Positions 27,387 to 37,090 of a DNA stretch of 64,000 nt are shown here, in pieces. The position numbers were made by a program, and so were the translations under genes. This stretch comes from Bacteroidales bacterium (lineage in GTDB: Bacteria > Bacteroidota > Bacteroidia > Bacteroidales > BM520): assembly GCA_028707815.1 (NCBI GenBank), contig JAQWAE010000010.1, forward strand, positions 1,173 to 65,172, in the 5' to 3' direction. Each line of letters starts with the position of its first letter. Position 1 is the stretch's first letter. Below the pieces are notes generated by a model, which saw nothing but the letters and a program-made list of their open reading frames with translations, was not told the origin of the DNA and searched no databases.

Positions 27387-28217
27387 TTAATATTTGAAGC
27401 TCGCTGCTGCCCAATTGTTTCTATTGATAACGTGGTCAAAAGTGAGACCATTTTTCAGAGCGCATTCCTTAATAGCCTCAACATCAAAATCATAGAAGCC
27501 ACTCATTATCAAGATGCCGCCTTTTTCAAGGACATTTACATATTGTGGCATGTCTTCAAGTAAAATATTTCTATTGATATTAGCAATTATGATATCGAAC
27601 TTAATATCTTTAAGCAAGGCGGCATCACCCAAAAAAGTTTCAATAATGTCGGCATTATTTCTTTGGACATTTTCCAAAGTATTTTCGTAAGCCCATTCGT
27701 CATTATCGATAGCCCAGACTTTAGTTGCGCCTTTTTTTACAGCGAGGATAGCGAGAACGCCGGTTCCGCAGCCCATATCCAAAACAGCCTTATCTTTGCA
27801 ATCTATATTCAGCAACTCGGAGATAATCTGGTAAGTTGTCTCATGATGAGCCGTACCAAACGACATCTTAGGCTGTATAACGATGTCATAATCAACGCCT
27901 TCTATATTTTTGTGAAATGGAGCATGTACGTAGCATTTGTTGTCAACAAGCACCGGCTCATAATTTTCTTCCCATTTTTCGTTCCAATCTTCGTCAGGAC
28001 AATCAATATATGTATATGAAAACGGAATTGTATCTTTCAGCTGTTCTTTTAAGTCGACAATAGCCTCTTCAGAGAAAAGTTCAGTTTTCACATAAGCCTT
28101 TAAGACTGTCGGCTCTTCGTTCATAAAGCTCTCATAATCAAGTTCTGCCAAAAAAGCAACAAGGATGTCGCTATCATCTTCTTTGTTTACAACACAAGTT
28201 AGTTCAGTATATTTCAT
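27387..28217 (-). CDS. prmA: Ribosomal protein L11 methyltransferase
   Basis: It has FGTAHHETT and the SAM-binding DMGCGTGVLAI. The ATG at 28217 is preferred over the GTG at 28223. Confidence 0.88.
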   Translation of the reverse strand: MKYTELTCVVNKEDDSDILVAFLAELDYESFMNEEPTVLKAYVKTELFSEEAIVDLKEQLKDTIPFSYTYIDCPDEDWNEKWEENYEPVLVDNKCYVHAPFHKNIEGVDYDIVIQPKMSFGTAHHETTYQIISELLNIDCKDKAVLDMGCGTGVLAILAVKKGATKVWAIDNDEWAYENTLENVQRNNADIIETFLGDAALLKDIKFDIIIANINRNILLEDMPQYVNVLEKGGILIMSGFYDFDVEAIKECALKNGLTFDHVINRNNWAAASFKY

Positions 28218-28240
28218 ATTCACATATTTTATTGATGCAG

Positions 28241-28248
28241 CAAAGGTA
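28241..28248 (-). promoter_or_regulatory. -7 box (TAccTTTG) for prmA
   Basis: The plus strand reads CAAAGGTA, 24 nt upstream of the ATG at 28217. Confidence 0.45.
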
Positions 28249-28290
28249 TATTAATTTTTTGAAAAACAAATTGCAATAGAAAGTTTTGTA

Positions 28291-28298
28291 TAACTTTG
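28291..28298 (+). promoter_or_regulatory. -7 box TAacTTTG for the isochorismatase-family gene
   Basis: It matches the consensus and lies 51 nt upstream of the ATG at 28349. A 7-bp hairpin catctgt..acagatg lies in the putative leader. Confidence 0.4.
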
Positions 28299-28348
28299 CA
28301 GACATAAACGGCATCTGTAAAAGACACAGATGTTTTAATTTTTAAAAC

Positions 28349-28894
28349 ATGACAAGAAGAAAGATTTTATTAGCTGTTGACTTGCAAAAAGATTTTATAG
28401 ACGGTGCGCTCACAGTTCCTGATGCTTACAAAGTAATTCCTATCATCAACGACATAAAAAAGAACTTTGACTTAGTATATTTCACTCTTGACTGGCATCC
28501 TGCCGACCATTGTTCTTTCAAGTCACATGGTGGTCCGTGGAACACGCACTGTGTTCATCATACGGCGGGAGCATGTTTACCTGACAGTGTTTTTGAGGGT
28601 CTCAAAGAAAATCAAATACGTTTTATCTTAAAAGACAGCATATCCGATAGAATGGAATATGGTGCATTTTCTGAAATTACGCCTCAGATAGAGAGTCTCT
28701 TTACTAAAGATGATGAAGTTGTTGTATGTGGAATAGCGGCAGAGTATTGCGTTTTAGAGACACTTAAAAATCTGTTCAGGCTCAGCTGTAAAATCGGCTT
28801 CACGGTAAAGGTATTTCTCAAAGGCACAGCACGCTTTGACAGCTACGACACCGTCTTGGCGTTTATGAAAGAGAACGGCATTGAGGAGTATTAG
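28349..28894 (+). CDS. Isochorismatase-family hydrolase (nicotinamidase/pyrazinamidase-like)
   Basis: It has the catalytic Asp context LLAVDLQKDF and the Cys nucleophile context VVVCGIAAEYCV. The metal-binding DWHP..H region is typical of PncA. Confidence 0.75.
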   Translation: MTRRKILLAVDLQKDFIDGALTVPDAYKVIPIINDIKKNFDLVYFTLDWHPADHCSFKSHGGPWNTHCVHHTAGACLPDSVFEGLKENQIRFILKDSISDRMEYGAFSEITPQIESLFTKDDEVVVCGIAAEYCVLETLKNLFRLSCKIGFTVKVFLKGTARFDSYDTVLAFMKENGIEEY

Positions 28895-30009
28895 AGATTC
28901 ATACAATACAGATAATCTTTCGATAATATTTCCGCACATTTTTGAGCTATATTTTTAATTGCAGCAAATCCCTTTTCTCGAGGGATACGAATACTTTCGC
29001 CTACTATAAGCATATCTTCTACACTTGGATTTCCATGATTGTTTACAGTAGTGGCATGTTCTCCATTATATCCTTTACTGCATAGGGTTAAATCGTAAGC
29101 AGGAGCTAATCCCCAAACGCCGTCTCGACAAACAAAGCTGAAGTTTTTCGCATGGTCATCTTTATTATCTGAGAGTACATTAAATACCATACGACTAAAC
29201 ACCTCATCAACTTGTTTCGGGTCTTGTGTCAGATAACCTGTAATATGGAGCAAAGTTCTATAATCCATTGCAGGATAAGATATTGATTCATTCAAGATAG
29301 CAGCAGCGGTAGCTACGTGCAACCGCTCACCGTTTTCAATATCAAAGCGTTTGCTTGCAAAATATTTTCTGTCCATCAGTTTAAAGTCCGGTACGGTAAT
29401 ACCACATTGACGAGCTAATTCATTATATTTGTATTCCATTGTTCCCATATTTAATGGGTCGTAAGTATGTCTAAATTTCACTATCCAATCGCCATCAGCA
29501 TCTTGGAACAGGCATTTAGGACAACAGCCGCCGGAATTACCGCTGTTATAATATAAAATATCTTCGCCATTATCTACCTTTTCCGACAAAACATCTAAAG
29601 CCATTTGCTGCAAAGTATCGAGTTCAAGCGGTGCTGTTTCTTCATCAAAATGGACTTCAGGAAGATAGCACAAAGCCCCCATGCCGGAAGTACCGACAAT
29701 ACTCAGTCGTTGCAGCGGTGTCAGTTCAATCTCGCCTATACCCTGTTTTCTCAGCATCCTATTTAAAAGATAACGTCCATAACCATCCGGCAGACTATCT
29801 TCAAAAATGCCGAAATTTCCTTCAAAAGGCTCCGGCTTGGCAATAAACAAATCAGATTTCAACGGCAGCTCTAAAGGAGAGATAGAAAATCCGTCTGACA
29901 GCCATTCTTTATCATATTGAAAAACGCATAATCTATTATCAGGCGTCATGCTAAGGGACCCAACCGGACGATTATGATATGTAACAGACAATTTATTTAT
30001 TGATTTCAT
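28891..30009 (-). CDS. hipA: HipA-family serine/threonine kinase toxin (type II toxin-antitoxin)
   Basis: It has the N-terminal HipA coupling domain (LSVTYHNRPVGSLS..VFQYDKEW) and the catalytic loop DNKDDHAKNFSF. Confidence 0.85.
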   Translation of the reverse strand: MKSINKLSVTYHNRPVGSLSMTPDNRLCVFQYDKEWLSDGFSISPLELPLKSDLFIAKPEPFEGNFGIFEDSLPDGYGRYLLNRMLRKQGIGEIELTPLQRLSIVGTSGMGALCYLPEVHFDEETAPLELDTLQQMALDVLSEKVDNGEDILYYNSGNSGGCCPKCLFQDADGDWIVKFRHTYDPLNMGTMEYKYNELARQCGITVPDFKLMDRKYFASKRFDIENGERLHVATAAAILNESISYPAMDYRTLLHITGYLTQDPKQVDEVFSRMVFNVLSDNKDDHAKNFSFVCRDGVWGLAPAYDLTLCSKGYNGEHATTVNNHGNPSVEDMLIVGESIRIPREKGFAAIKNIAQKCAEILSKDYLYCMNL

Positions 30010-30343
30010 TGCGTCCTTTTTTTCTATTTTTATTTTTATTAATAGTTTCGAGTTCCTCCATAGTATCGAAGAGAGGTTGTGAAAGCAAAACTTTTATATC
30101 TTTGGCATAGCCTAATGCTTTTGCGAGTGCTACAAATGACGACAAAGAGATAGTATGTTTCTGTTCAAATTTGGCGATTGTAGGCGTAGGCACTCCGCTA
30201 AGCGTGGTAAGAGCTTCGCGGGAAAGTCCTTTTTCCAACCTGCGTTTTCTAACATTATCGGCAAGTATTGCCAACAACTCTTCCGGCGTATCCATATCCA
30301 AATTATAAAGCAATGGCATATTATTGTATTTAATAAATGACAA
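29993..30343 (-). CDS. hipB: XRE-family helix-turn-helix protein, HipB-like antitoxin
   Basis: The HTH is LSREALTTLSGVPTPTIAKFEQ. It overlaps hipA by 17 nt and has a basic C-terminal tail. The start may be an internal Met (MPLLY or MDTPEE). Confidence 0.75.
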   Translation of the reverse strand: MSFIKYNNMPLLYNLDMDTPEELLAILADNVRKRRLEKGLSREALTTLSGVPTPTIAKFEQKHTISLSSFVALAKALGYAKDIKVLLSQPLFDTMEELETINKNKNRKKGRNEINK

Positions 30344-30378
30344 AATTATGTTTTTTGAATATTATAATATTCAATATG

Positions 30379-30386
30379 CAAAGATA
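30379..30386 (-). promoter_or_regulatory. -7 box (TAtcTTTG) for the hipBA pair
   Basis: The plus strand reads CAAAGATA, 36 nt upstream of the ORF start at 30343. Confidence 0.45.
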
Positions 30387-30413
30387 ATAAAATAATGGAA
30401 AAAGGGAAGCCCA

Positions 30414-30971
30414 TCAGCGTTTAATTTCCTCTAACAGCTCGTCATACCATTGTTTTCCAAATTTTCTGATGAGTGGTTCTTTCAGAAATTCATAAAGTTT
30501 GATATTTTTTGTATGTCCGAATGTAGCAGCATCTTTACAGACGCTCCATTTATCATAATTAAGAGCGATTACATCTTGATATTTAGAAAGTCTGATAGGA
30601 TACAGATGGCAGGATATAGGTTTGTTGTGCGGTATAACTCCTTGATTATAAGCTTTTTCGATGGCACACTTAGCAATTCCGTCTTCGTAGCAAATAAAAG
30701 CGCAGTCTTTATCGTCTATCAGAGGCGTAACGTACTCACCCTCAACGCCATAGTCGAATACGCCCATAGATTTCACTACATCTATTCCTTTTGCTGTCAT
30801 AAACGGCATTATTTCGTCTATATAATCTTCGATTTGGGAGACTTCCTCTTCTTCTAACGGAGCGCCCACGTCGCCTTCGATGCAGCAGCGTCCTTTACAG
30901 CAAGTTAAATCGCAGCAAAAATCCACATTTTTTATATCATCAGACAACAAGCAATTTTGGACAACTAACAT
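30414..30971 (-). CDS. Cys-rich DUF3109-like protein
   Basis: Its size is about 185 aa. The N-terminal FCCDLTCCKGRCCIEGDVGAPLEEEE cysteine cluster is as I recall it from Bacteroidota DUF3109 proteins. Confidence 0.6.
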   Translation of the reverse strand: MLVVQNCLLSDDIKNVDFCCDLTCCKGRCCIEGDVGAPLEEEEVSQIEDYIDEIMPFMTAKGIDVVKSMGVFDYGVEGEYVTPLIDDKDCAFICYEDGIAKCAIEKAYNQGVIPHNKPISCHLYPIRLSKYQDVIALNYDKWSVCKDAATFGHTKNIKLYEFLKEPLIRKFGKQWYDELLEEIKR

Positions 30972-30982
30972 AACAATATCGA

Positions 30983-32248
30983 TTATAGTTCAAAGAATAA
31001 TTTATGAGCGGCTTTTGAAGCCATTTTCATGATTTCGTCTTCACCGGGGACGTGTTTATTTTCCATCAGGACTTTACCGTTACAGATAACTGTATCAACA
31101 TCATTACCGTTAGCGGCATAAACCAAATTAGAGATAAAATTAAAATTCGGGGTAAATGCGGGGCTGTTAAGGTCTACCAATACCAAGTCGGCGAGACAAC
31201 CTTCCTGCACTTTACCTATATTTTGCCTCAGAATTTTGCCTCCGTTGACGGTAGCGCATTTAAACATTTCCTTTGCGGTGGTTGCGGTAGGGTCGTTTCT
31301 CCATGCCTTTCCGATTAGGGAAGCTATTTTCACAGCCTCAATCATATCCAAATTATTTGATGAAGAGCAGCCATCAGTACCTATACCTACGGTAATGCCC
31401 TTATCTTTCATTTCGTGATATTTAAAGCGGTAGCCGGAAGCGAGTTTAAGGTTAGAGTTAGGATTATGTACTACTTTCACATCATTAGCGGCAAGCATGT
31501 CAATTTCCTCATCATCTACCCATATACCGTGAGCTATTATCACACGTGGTGACAAGATGCCGATACTATTCAAGTATCTTATCGGAGTCATTCCGAAACT
31601 TTTGATGCTGTTATTACATTCCGTTTGAGTTTCAGCGGCATGAATATGAATCAGGAGGTCGTTAGCTTTTGAGAAGTCGTCAATCCATTGGAGTATTTTT
31701 TTAGAGACAGTATAGATAGCATGAGGACCGAGGGCGAAGGTCGTCAGTGCCGAATAATTTTTTCTGTTACAGAAAGATTTTTCCACATTATCAACAACAG
31801 TTTTCACTGATTGAGAATTAGAGGCATCAAGTGTGACGGAAGAGAGAGTTGCACGCAAGCCCATGTCGGCGACAGCTTCTGCCACGGCATCTATTCGCCA
31901 ATACATGTCATTAAAGCATGTTGTTCCGGATTTAATCATTTCGAGGCAGGCAAGTTTTGCGCCCCAATATACAATTTCGTCTGTTAACTTTGCTTCGTAA
32001 GGCCATATTTTATCGGAGAGCCAACTTTCAAGTTCCATATCATCGCCCCAACCTCTAAAAACAGTCATAGCGGAATGTGTATGACAATTCACCAAACCGG
32101 CAATTACCGCCTTATTTGTACCGTCAATAACTTTATCAGGGAAAACATCAAGAGCTATATTTTCGCCCATTTTTTTTATAATATTACCTTCAATCAAGAT
32201 GTCGGTAATTTTTTCTTTAAAGAAAACGTTTTTAATTAAGATATTCAT
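30983..32248 (-). CDS. mtaD: Amidohydrolase, 5-methylthioadenosine/S-adenosylhomocysteine deaminase-like
   Basis: The metal ligands are NCHTHSAMT, HIHAAET, HGIW and GTDG. The length is 421 aa. Confidence 0.8.
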   Translation of the reverse strand: MNILIKNVFFKEKITDILIEGNIIKKMGENIALDVFPDKVIDGTNKAVIAGLVNCHTHSAMTVFRGWGDDMELESWLSDKIWPYEAKLTDEIVYWGAKLACLEMIKSGTTCFNDMYWRIDAVAEAVADMGLRATLSSVTLDASNSQSVKTVVDNVEKSFCNRKNYSALTTFALGPHAIYTVSKKILQWIDDFSKANDLLIHIHAAETQTECNNSIKSFGMTPIRYLNSIGILSPRVIIAHGIWVDDEEIDMLAANDVKVVHNPNSNLKLASGYRFKYHEMKDKGITVGIGTDGCSSSNNLDMIEAVKIASLIGKAWRNDPTATTAKEMFKCATVNGGKILRQNIGKVQEGCLADLVLVDLNSPAFTPNFNFISNLVYAANGNDVDTVICNGKVLMENKHVPGEDEIMKMASKAAHKLFFEL

Positions 32249-32250
32249 AA

Positions 32251-33006
32251 TCAGGATCTTCCTTCTTCATTTAAAATTTTCGTTTTATGACGGATTGTTC
32301 TCAAAACCAAAGCTAAAAGTACTGTAAAAGCGGTTATATAAACAGATAATCTATTCAAAGTATTAAGAGAGAAAGTTTTATACAAGAACAGATATCTCAA
32401 CAAATCGACGAACATAAAGCTGATAGCGAGAGCCATTACAGAGGAGTACTCTCTGCGTATCACTGATTTGATAGAGAACTTCACATTAGATTTTCTCACA
32501 TTTTTAAATGACGGGATAAAAGCGGAAGTACATTTAGCCCATTTCACAAATTGTTCGCCGAATTTTCTTTGCAGGTAGCGTTCTTCGGAGAACATAATTC
32601 TCTCATAATAGACAAAGAATAGCAGTGAGCCGACTACGACAACAAATATGCTGCCGGTAAATATCATCACGCCGAGCCACATAAGATAATTTGCCAAATA
32701 CAGTGGGTGTCTTACTATTGAATAGATACCGGTAGTATTCAGGGAGTCGGCACATTGTCCGGATCGATTTCTACCGGAAGTACCCTTTGGAGTTGTTCCG
32801 ACAGTATAAGCTCTGATAATTTCGCCCAAGCAGCTAAAAAACAAAGCCAAGACGACTATCAAAGTAAATGTTTTATCGTTTATATAATATTTAAAATCAG
32901 ACATATACATAGCCGGCACTGCTATCAGGAACAATGCTACAGGTATATATCCGCGATATTTAAAAAGAAGATTACCTCTTTGTTCAAATGTATCAATTAA
33001 AGCCAT
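32251..33006 (-). CDS. Membrane methyltransferase-family protein (isoprenylcysteine carboxyl / phospholipid methyltransferase-like)
   Basis: It has multiple TM helices and the GIYSIVRHPLYLANYLMWLG motif. The start at 33006 (MALIDTF) removes the overlap with the upstream gene. Confidence 0.7.
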   Translation of the reverse strand: MALIDTFEQRGNLLFKYRGYIPVALFLIAVPAMYMSDFKYYINDKTFTLIVVLALFFSCLGEIIRAYTVGTTPKGTSGRNRSGQCADSLNTTGIYSIVRHPLYLANYLMWLGVMIFTGSIFVVVVGSLLFFVYYERIMFSEERYLQRKFGEQFVKWAKCTSAFIPSFKNVRKSNVKFSIKSVIRREYSSVMALAISFMFVDLLRYLFLYKTFSLNTLNRLSVYITAFTVLLALVLRTIRHKTKILNEEGRS

Positions 33007-33007
33007 A

Positions 33008-35452
33008 CTAATATTTAACAGACAGTTTAAAATTAGGCATAATCCGTGTAAGATAATTAGGCACGCCGTGTTTAATTCCCGACACATCAGTAACCCAAGT
33101 ATAAGAAATAGTATTTTGTATATCTAACAGGTTAAGTATTTCAAAAGTAAGAGCGACATCTTGGAAATTATTCAAGAAGTTCCATTTCGATTTAACCACA
33201 TCGCTGACTACTTGCCACGAGAAGCCGATGTCTACACGGCGATACATTGGATATCTTTTGACCGGCGAAGTCATTGTAGTCACAGGCAAACCTGAGCCTA
33301 TTGTCAGATTAAGCTGCATCTTAAATTGCGGATAATTAGGAATATAATCCTGAAGGAAGATAGAGAAGTTCACCAATTGGTCGGTCGGTCGGGGAAAGTA
33401 TTCGCCGCCTTTGTATCTTTCTTCGGTTTTCATTATAGAAAGACTTATCCACGAATCCACGCCACGCACCAACTCGCCGGTAAGTTTCATGTCAATTCCC
33501 GCAGCATAGCCCTGAGTAGTTTGTTGCGGATAATATTGAATCATCACATTATCAATAGTATATGGTATTAGGTTGTCAAGATATTTATAATAAGTTTCGG
33601 CAATAAACTTAAAAGGGCGGTTCCAGATATAGAGGTTCCAATCGAGGGCTGCAACAAAATGAATAGATATTTGAGATTTTATATCTGTATGCAGAATGCC
33701 ATTTTCATCACGCATTTCTCTATAAGAAGGTGTTTGGTTATAATAACCTGTAGAAAACTTAAAGAGCATGTCGTATTTCCACTTTGGATTAACCGAGAAA
33801 GTCAGTCGCGGGCTAAAAGTAAGTTCATTATTAACATCATAATAAGAAGACCTGAGTCCATATATAATATAAAAGTCGGCATTATCGCCTTCAATCAGCC
33901 AAGAATCTTGCAGATAAGCAGACATTTTATTAGATTGTAAATAATTTGTTGCTTTAGCTTGAGAATAAAGTTCAAAAGTAAAATCGGGTTGCAGTTCCGG
34001 CACGGTATAGCCTATAGAATCGGGAGTTGTTGGCACGGAGAAGCCGGCGGAGTCGTTATATTCCCATCTGTTAAGTACATCAAAGATGTCATCAAATCTA
34101 TATTGCAAGCCCCATTGAATATTATGATTTTCGACTTGGGACGAGCCTTTTAAATCGGCGATATATATATTAGAAGTATATTTATTTCGGGCATGAGAAA
34201 GATAAGCACCTTCGCCCATTCGTTCTGCGACATTGCCGACATTATCGCTTCCTATATTGTTTTCTAACAATGATATATAATATTGTCCGAGTATATCATA
34301 ATTTTCCTGTTCTATACTTTGGTAAGCGGAAGCAGTAATACTAATATTAGTTTTATCATTAGGTTTATAGTTTAGAGAGAGAGCGCCGAGACCGCTATTG
34401 AAGATGTCATCTTCGAAGCCGTCCATATAAACTGTTAAGCTATAAGCCTCCATAAGACCGCCGTATTTTGTTTCGCGGGTTTCGGGTACAAATCTATAAA
34501 GATTACGGGAATAGTTAGCGAGCAAAGAGAGTTCCCATTTTTTATTAAAACTGTAAGACAATAAAGATTGGAAATCGGAGAAAGAAGGTTTATACGTACC
34601 TTTTGTATCCATGCCGCCCAAGAGATAGGTATTAGTTTTTTGTCTAAATCCGGCGAGATAGGTAAAATTACCGGCTTTACCTTCGACATTAGCTGATGCG
34701 GAGAGCAAGCTGAGCGAAGCAGAAGCATGAAATTCCGTAGGTTTTTTATATGTTATATCTAAAACTGACGACATTTTATCGCCGTAGCGGGCTTCAAAGC
34801 CGCCGGCGGAGAAAGAAATTGAAGACACTAAATCGGAATTAACGAAGCTAAGACCTTCTTGTTGTCCGGAGCGTGTCAGAAAAGGTCTAAACACCTCTAT
34901 ACCATTGACATACACAATATTTTCATCGAAGTTGCCGCCTCTCACAGAATATTGTGAGCTGAGTTCATTAGAAGAAGCCACGCCGGGAAGAGTTTTAATT
35001 AACGCTCCAATATCATTAGAAACGCTAGGCAACAGCTGTGCTGCTTTAGGGTCTATTCTGCTAAAGGAGGTACTTCTCACCAAATTATCTTCGATGACAA
35101 CGGTAGACAAATCCGTAGAAGAAGGAAGCAGGACAAAGTCGACACGTTTTCTATCAATATTTTCCAAAGATACTGTTTTTACTTCATCTTTATAGCCCAT
35201 ATAAGAAGCGGTGATAGTTACATGTTTTTTACCTTTCAGAGGTATTGTGTAATATCCTGTAGCGTCTGTAGTAGTTCCGGAGATGCCGTCATCAAGGACG
35301 ACATTTACAAATTCGAGAGGCTGATTATTTTCGTCATTTACAGTACCGAAGACAACGCAAGTCTGCGCTTTTGCAAAGCTGCACAGCAGCGGTGTAAAAA
35401 CAATAAATAAGAAAAGTCTTCGTATTATTTTATTTTTCAATCCATTCATCAT
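33008..35452 (-). CDS. TonB-dependent-receptor-like outer membrane protein with an N-terminal carboxypeptidase-regulatory-like domain
   Basis: It has a signal peptide, a CarboxypepD_reg-like region (VVFGTVNDENNQPLEFVNVVL..GYYTIPL), a plug-like region (LPGV..SVRGG) and a long beta-barrel ending in an aromatic residue. Confidence 0.8.
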   Translation of the reverse strand: MMNGLKNKIIRRLFLFIVFTPLLCSFAKAQTCVVFGTVNDENNQPLEFVNVVLDDGISGTTTDATGYYTIPLKGKKHVTITASYMGYKDEVKTVSLENIDRKRVDFVLLPSSTDLSTVVIEDNLVRSTSFSRIDPKAAQLLPSVSNDIGALIKTLPGVASSNELSSQYSVRGGNFDENIVYVNGIEVFRPFLTRSGQQEGLSFVNSDLVSSISFSAGGFEARYGDKMSSVLDITYKKPTEFHASASLSLLSASANVEGKAGNFTYLAGFRQKTNTYLLGGMDTKGTYKPSFSDFQSLLSYSFNKKWELSLLANYSRNLYRFVPETRETKYGGLMEAYSLTVYMDGFEDDIFNSGLGALSLNYKPNDKTNISITASAYQSIEQENYDILGQYYISLLENNIGSDNVGNVAERMGEGAYLSHARNKYTSNIYIADLKGSSQVENHNIQWGLQYRFDDIFDVLNRWEYNDSAGFSVPTTPDSIGYTVPELQPDFTFELYSQAKATNYLQSNKMSAYLQDSWLIEGDNADFYIIYGLRSSYYDVNNELTFSPRLTFSVNPKWKYDMLFKFSTGYYNQTPSYREMRDENGILHTDIKSQISIHFVAALDWNLYIWNRPFKFIAETYYKYLDNLIPYTIDNVMIQYYPQQTTQGYAAGIDMKLTGELVRGVDSWISLSIMKTEERYKGGEYFPRPTDQLVNFSIFLQDYIPNYPQFKMQLNLTIGSGLPVTTMTSPVKRYPMYRRVDIGFSWQVVSDVVKSKWNFLNNFQDVALTFEILNLLDIQNTISYTWVTDVSGIKHGVPNYLTRIMPNFKLSVKY

Positions 35453-36152
35453 AATCCCAGCGTTTAGTATCAGCTTCTTTTTGTCGTTTAATTTCTTCTT
35501 GCAGTTTTTTATCTGTTTTAAACTTTCCTTCTTTCCAAGCCTTAATAAACTGAGCCCAAGCGAAGACGTTCAGCAGGTTATTGGGTGGAATTTGTCCGGC
35601 ATAATACAATTTATTAGTTTTATCATTGACAAATTGTCGGTAGTTAACGCTTGCATCAGCACCGGAAATTCTTGCCGCTTCTTTAAGTTTTGCTCGCTCG
35701 ATATTTTTCTTTGCGATAGTAATGTCGTCATCAGGGATATCAAGGTTAACAAAGACATCTTTAAAATCTTCTTTTGACGGCCACGGATATATTACGGATT
35801 CGCTAAGGTTGATTGTATCATAAGACATAAGTTGTATTAAGGAATAGCGGTTATCGTTTATAGTATCGGGGATTACATAAGATACAGGTTTAAATCCGAC
35901 TGCGGTAAAGCAGACTGTATCAAGTGGTTGAGCCACAAAGGAGAAAAAGCCGTAATAATCAGCGACTGTACCTCTGTAATTACGCGCACGGCTATTGATA
36001 ATTATTATATTAGTAAAAGACACGGGGTTCAGGCTGTCGGCAGTAACAACAACGCCGGAGAATTGAATGAGGTTATTATCAACATCTTGCGCCATTACAT
36101 GCGAGCATGCAAACAAAAATAATGCTATACAAATCAGTATTATATTTCTCAT
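35430..36152 (-). CDS. Carboxypeptidase-regulatory-like domain protein
   Basis: It has a signal peptide, then FSGVVVTADSLNPVSFTNIII..GFFSF. It overlaps the downstream receptor gene by 23 nt. Confidence 0.65.
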   Translation of the reverse strand: MRNIILICIALFLFACSHVMAQDVDNNLIQFSGVVVTADSLNPVSFTNIIIINSRARNYRGTVADYYGFFSFVAQPLDTVCFTAVGFKPVSYVIPDTINDNRYSLIQLMSYDTINLSESVIYPWPSKEDFKDVFVNLDIPDDDITIAKKNIERAKLKEAARISGADASVNYRQFVNDKTNKLYYAGQIPPNNLLNVFAWAQFIKAWKEGKFKTDKKLQEEIKRQKEADTKRWDYDEWIEK

Positions 36153-36250
36153 AGCGAAGTTACAGTCACTTAATTTACTTATATGTAACGTTTAATTAAT
36201 TTAAAATATTAGAGATAATAAAAATTTATATTGGCGATTATTAACACGAC

Positions 36251-36296
36251 AATTGCGTATACGTAGCGACCATTGGGTCAAGACGCACACGCAATT
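36251..36296 (-). terminator. Long hairpin downstream of yebC
   Basis: The 14-nt arms aattgcgtatacgt / acgcacacgcaatt have two mismatches. These become G-U pairs only in the minus-strand transcript. A T-rich run follows on the minus strand. Confidence 0.45.
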
Positions 36297-36318
36297 AACA
36301 TTTTAGAAAGATAAATCA

Positions 36319-37059
36319 TTAGTCCATTTCGTCCATTAGCTCTTCCGGTATTTCCATATTATGGAATACGTCTACGACATCGTCGTCATCGTCGAGCATA
36401 TCGATAAGTTTAAGGACAGAGCGGGCTTGTTCAACGCCGATTTTCTCGGTAGTTTTAGGTATTCTTTGTATTTCGGCGCTTGTAGGTTCGATATTAAGTT
36501 CGGCTAATTTAGCCACCATGTTGCCATAATCCTCGAAACTTGTTGTAATAGTTACAACACCGTCTTCCACATCATAATCTTCGGCACCGGCATCAATAAC
36601 TTCGAGTTCAAAGTCTTCATTTACATCACTTTCGTTTACTGTAAAGATAGCTTTTCTATCGAACAAGAAAGCCAATGAGCCATTTTTACCTAAGCTACCG
36701 TTAAATTTATTAAACAAGGAGCGGACATTAGCAATTGTACGTTGCAAATTATCGGTAGTACAATCCACGAAAACGGCTATTCCGTGAGGACCGTAGCCTT
36801 CGTAAGACACCTCTGCAAAACTTGCAGTATCTTTATCTTTACCTTTACTGATGGCGCGGGTAATATTATCTTTAGGCATACTGACACCTTTTGCATTAGC
36901 AATAGCCATTCTCAGGCGCGGGTTCGCATCCGGATCGGCACCACTTTCTTTTACTGCAACTGTTATTTCTTTGATAATCTTGGAGAACATTTTCGAGCGT
37001 TTAGCATCGTTTGCTCCTTTTTTTCTTTTAATTGTTGACCACTTATTATGTCCTGACAT
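36319..37059 (-). CDS. yebC: YebC/PmpR family DNA-binding transcriptional regulator
   Basis: It has the MSGHNKWSTIKRKKGANDAKRSK N-terminus and full-length family resemblance. Confidence 0.92.
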   Translation of the reverse strand: MSGHNKWSTIKRKKGANDAKRSKMFSKIIKEITVAVKESGADPDANPRLRMAIANAKGVSMPKDNITRAISKGKDKDTASFAEVSYEGYGPHGIAVFVDCTTDNLQRTIANVRSLFNKFNGSLGKNGSLAFLFDRKAIFTVNESDVNEDFELEVIDAGAEDYDVEDGVVTITTSFEDYGNMVAKLAELNIEPTSAEIQRIPKTTEKIGVEQARSVLKLIDMLDDDDDVVDVFHNMEIPEELMDEMD

Positions 37060-37090
37060 ATTGTATAATTTTAAATTAACTAAAATATAA

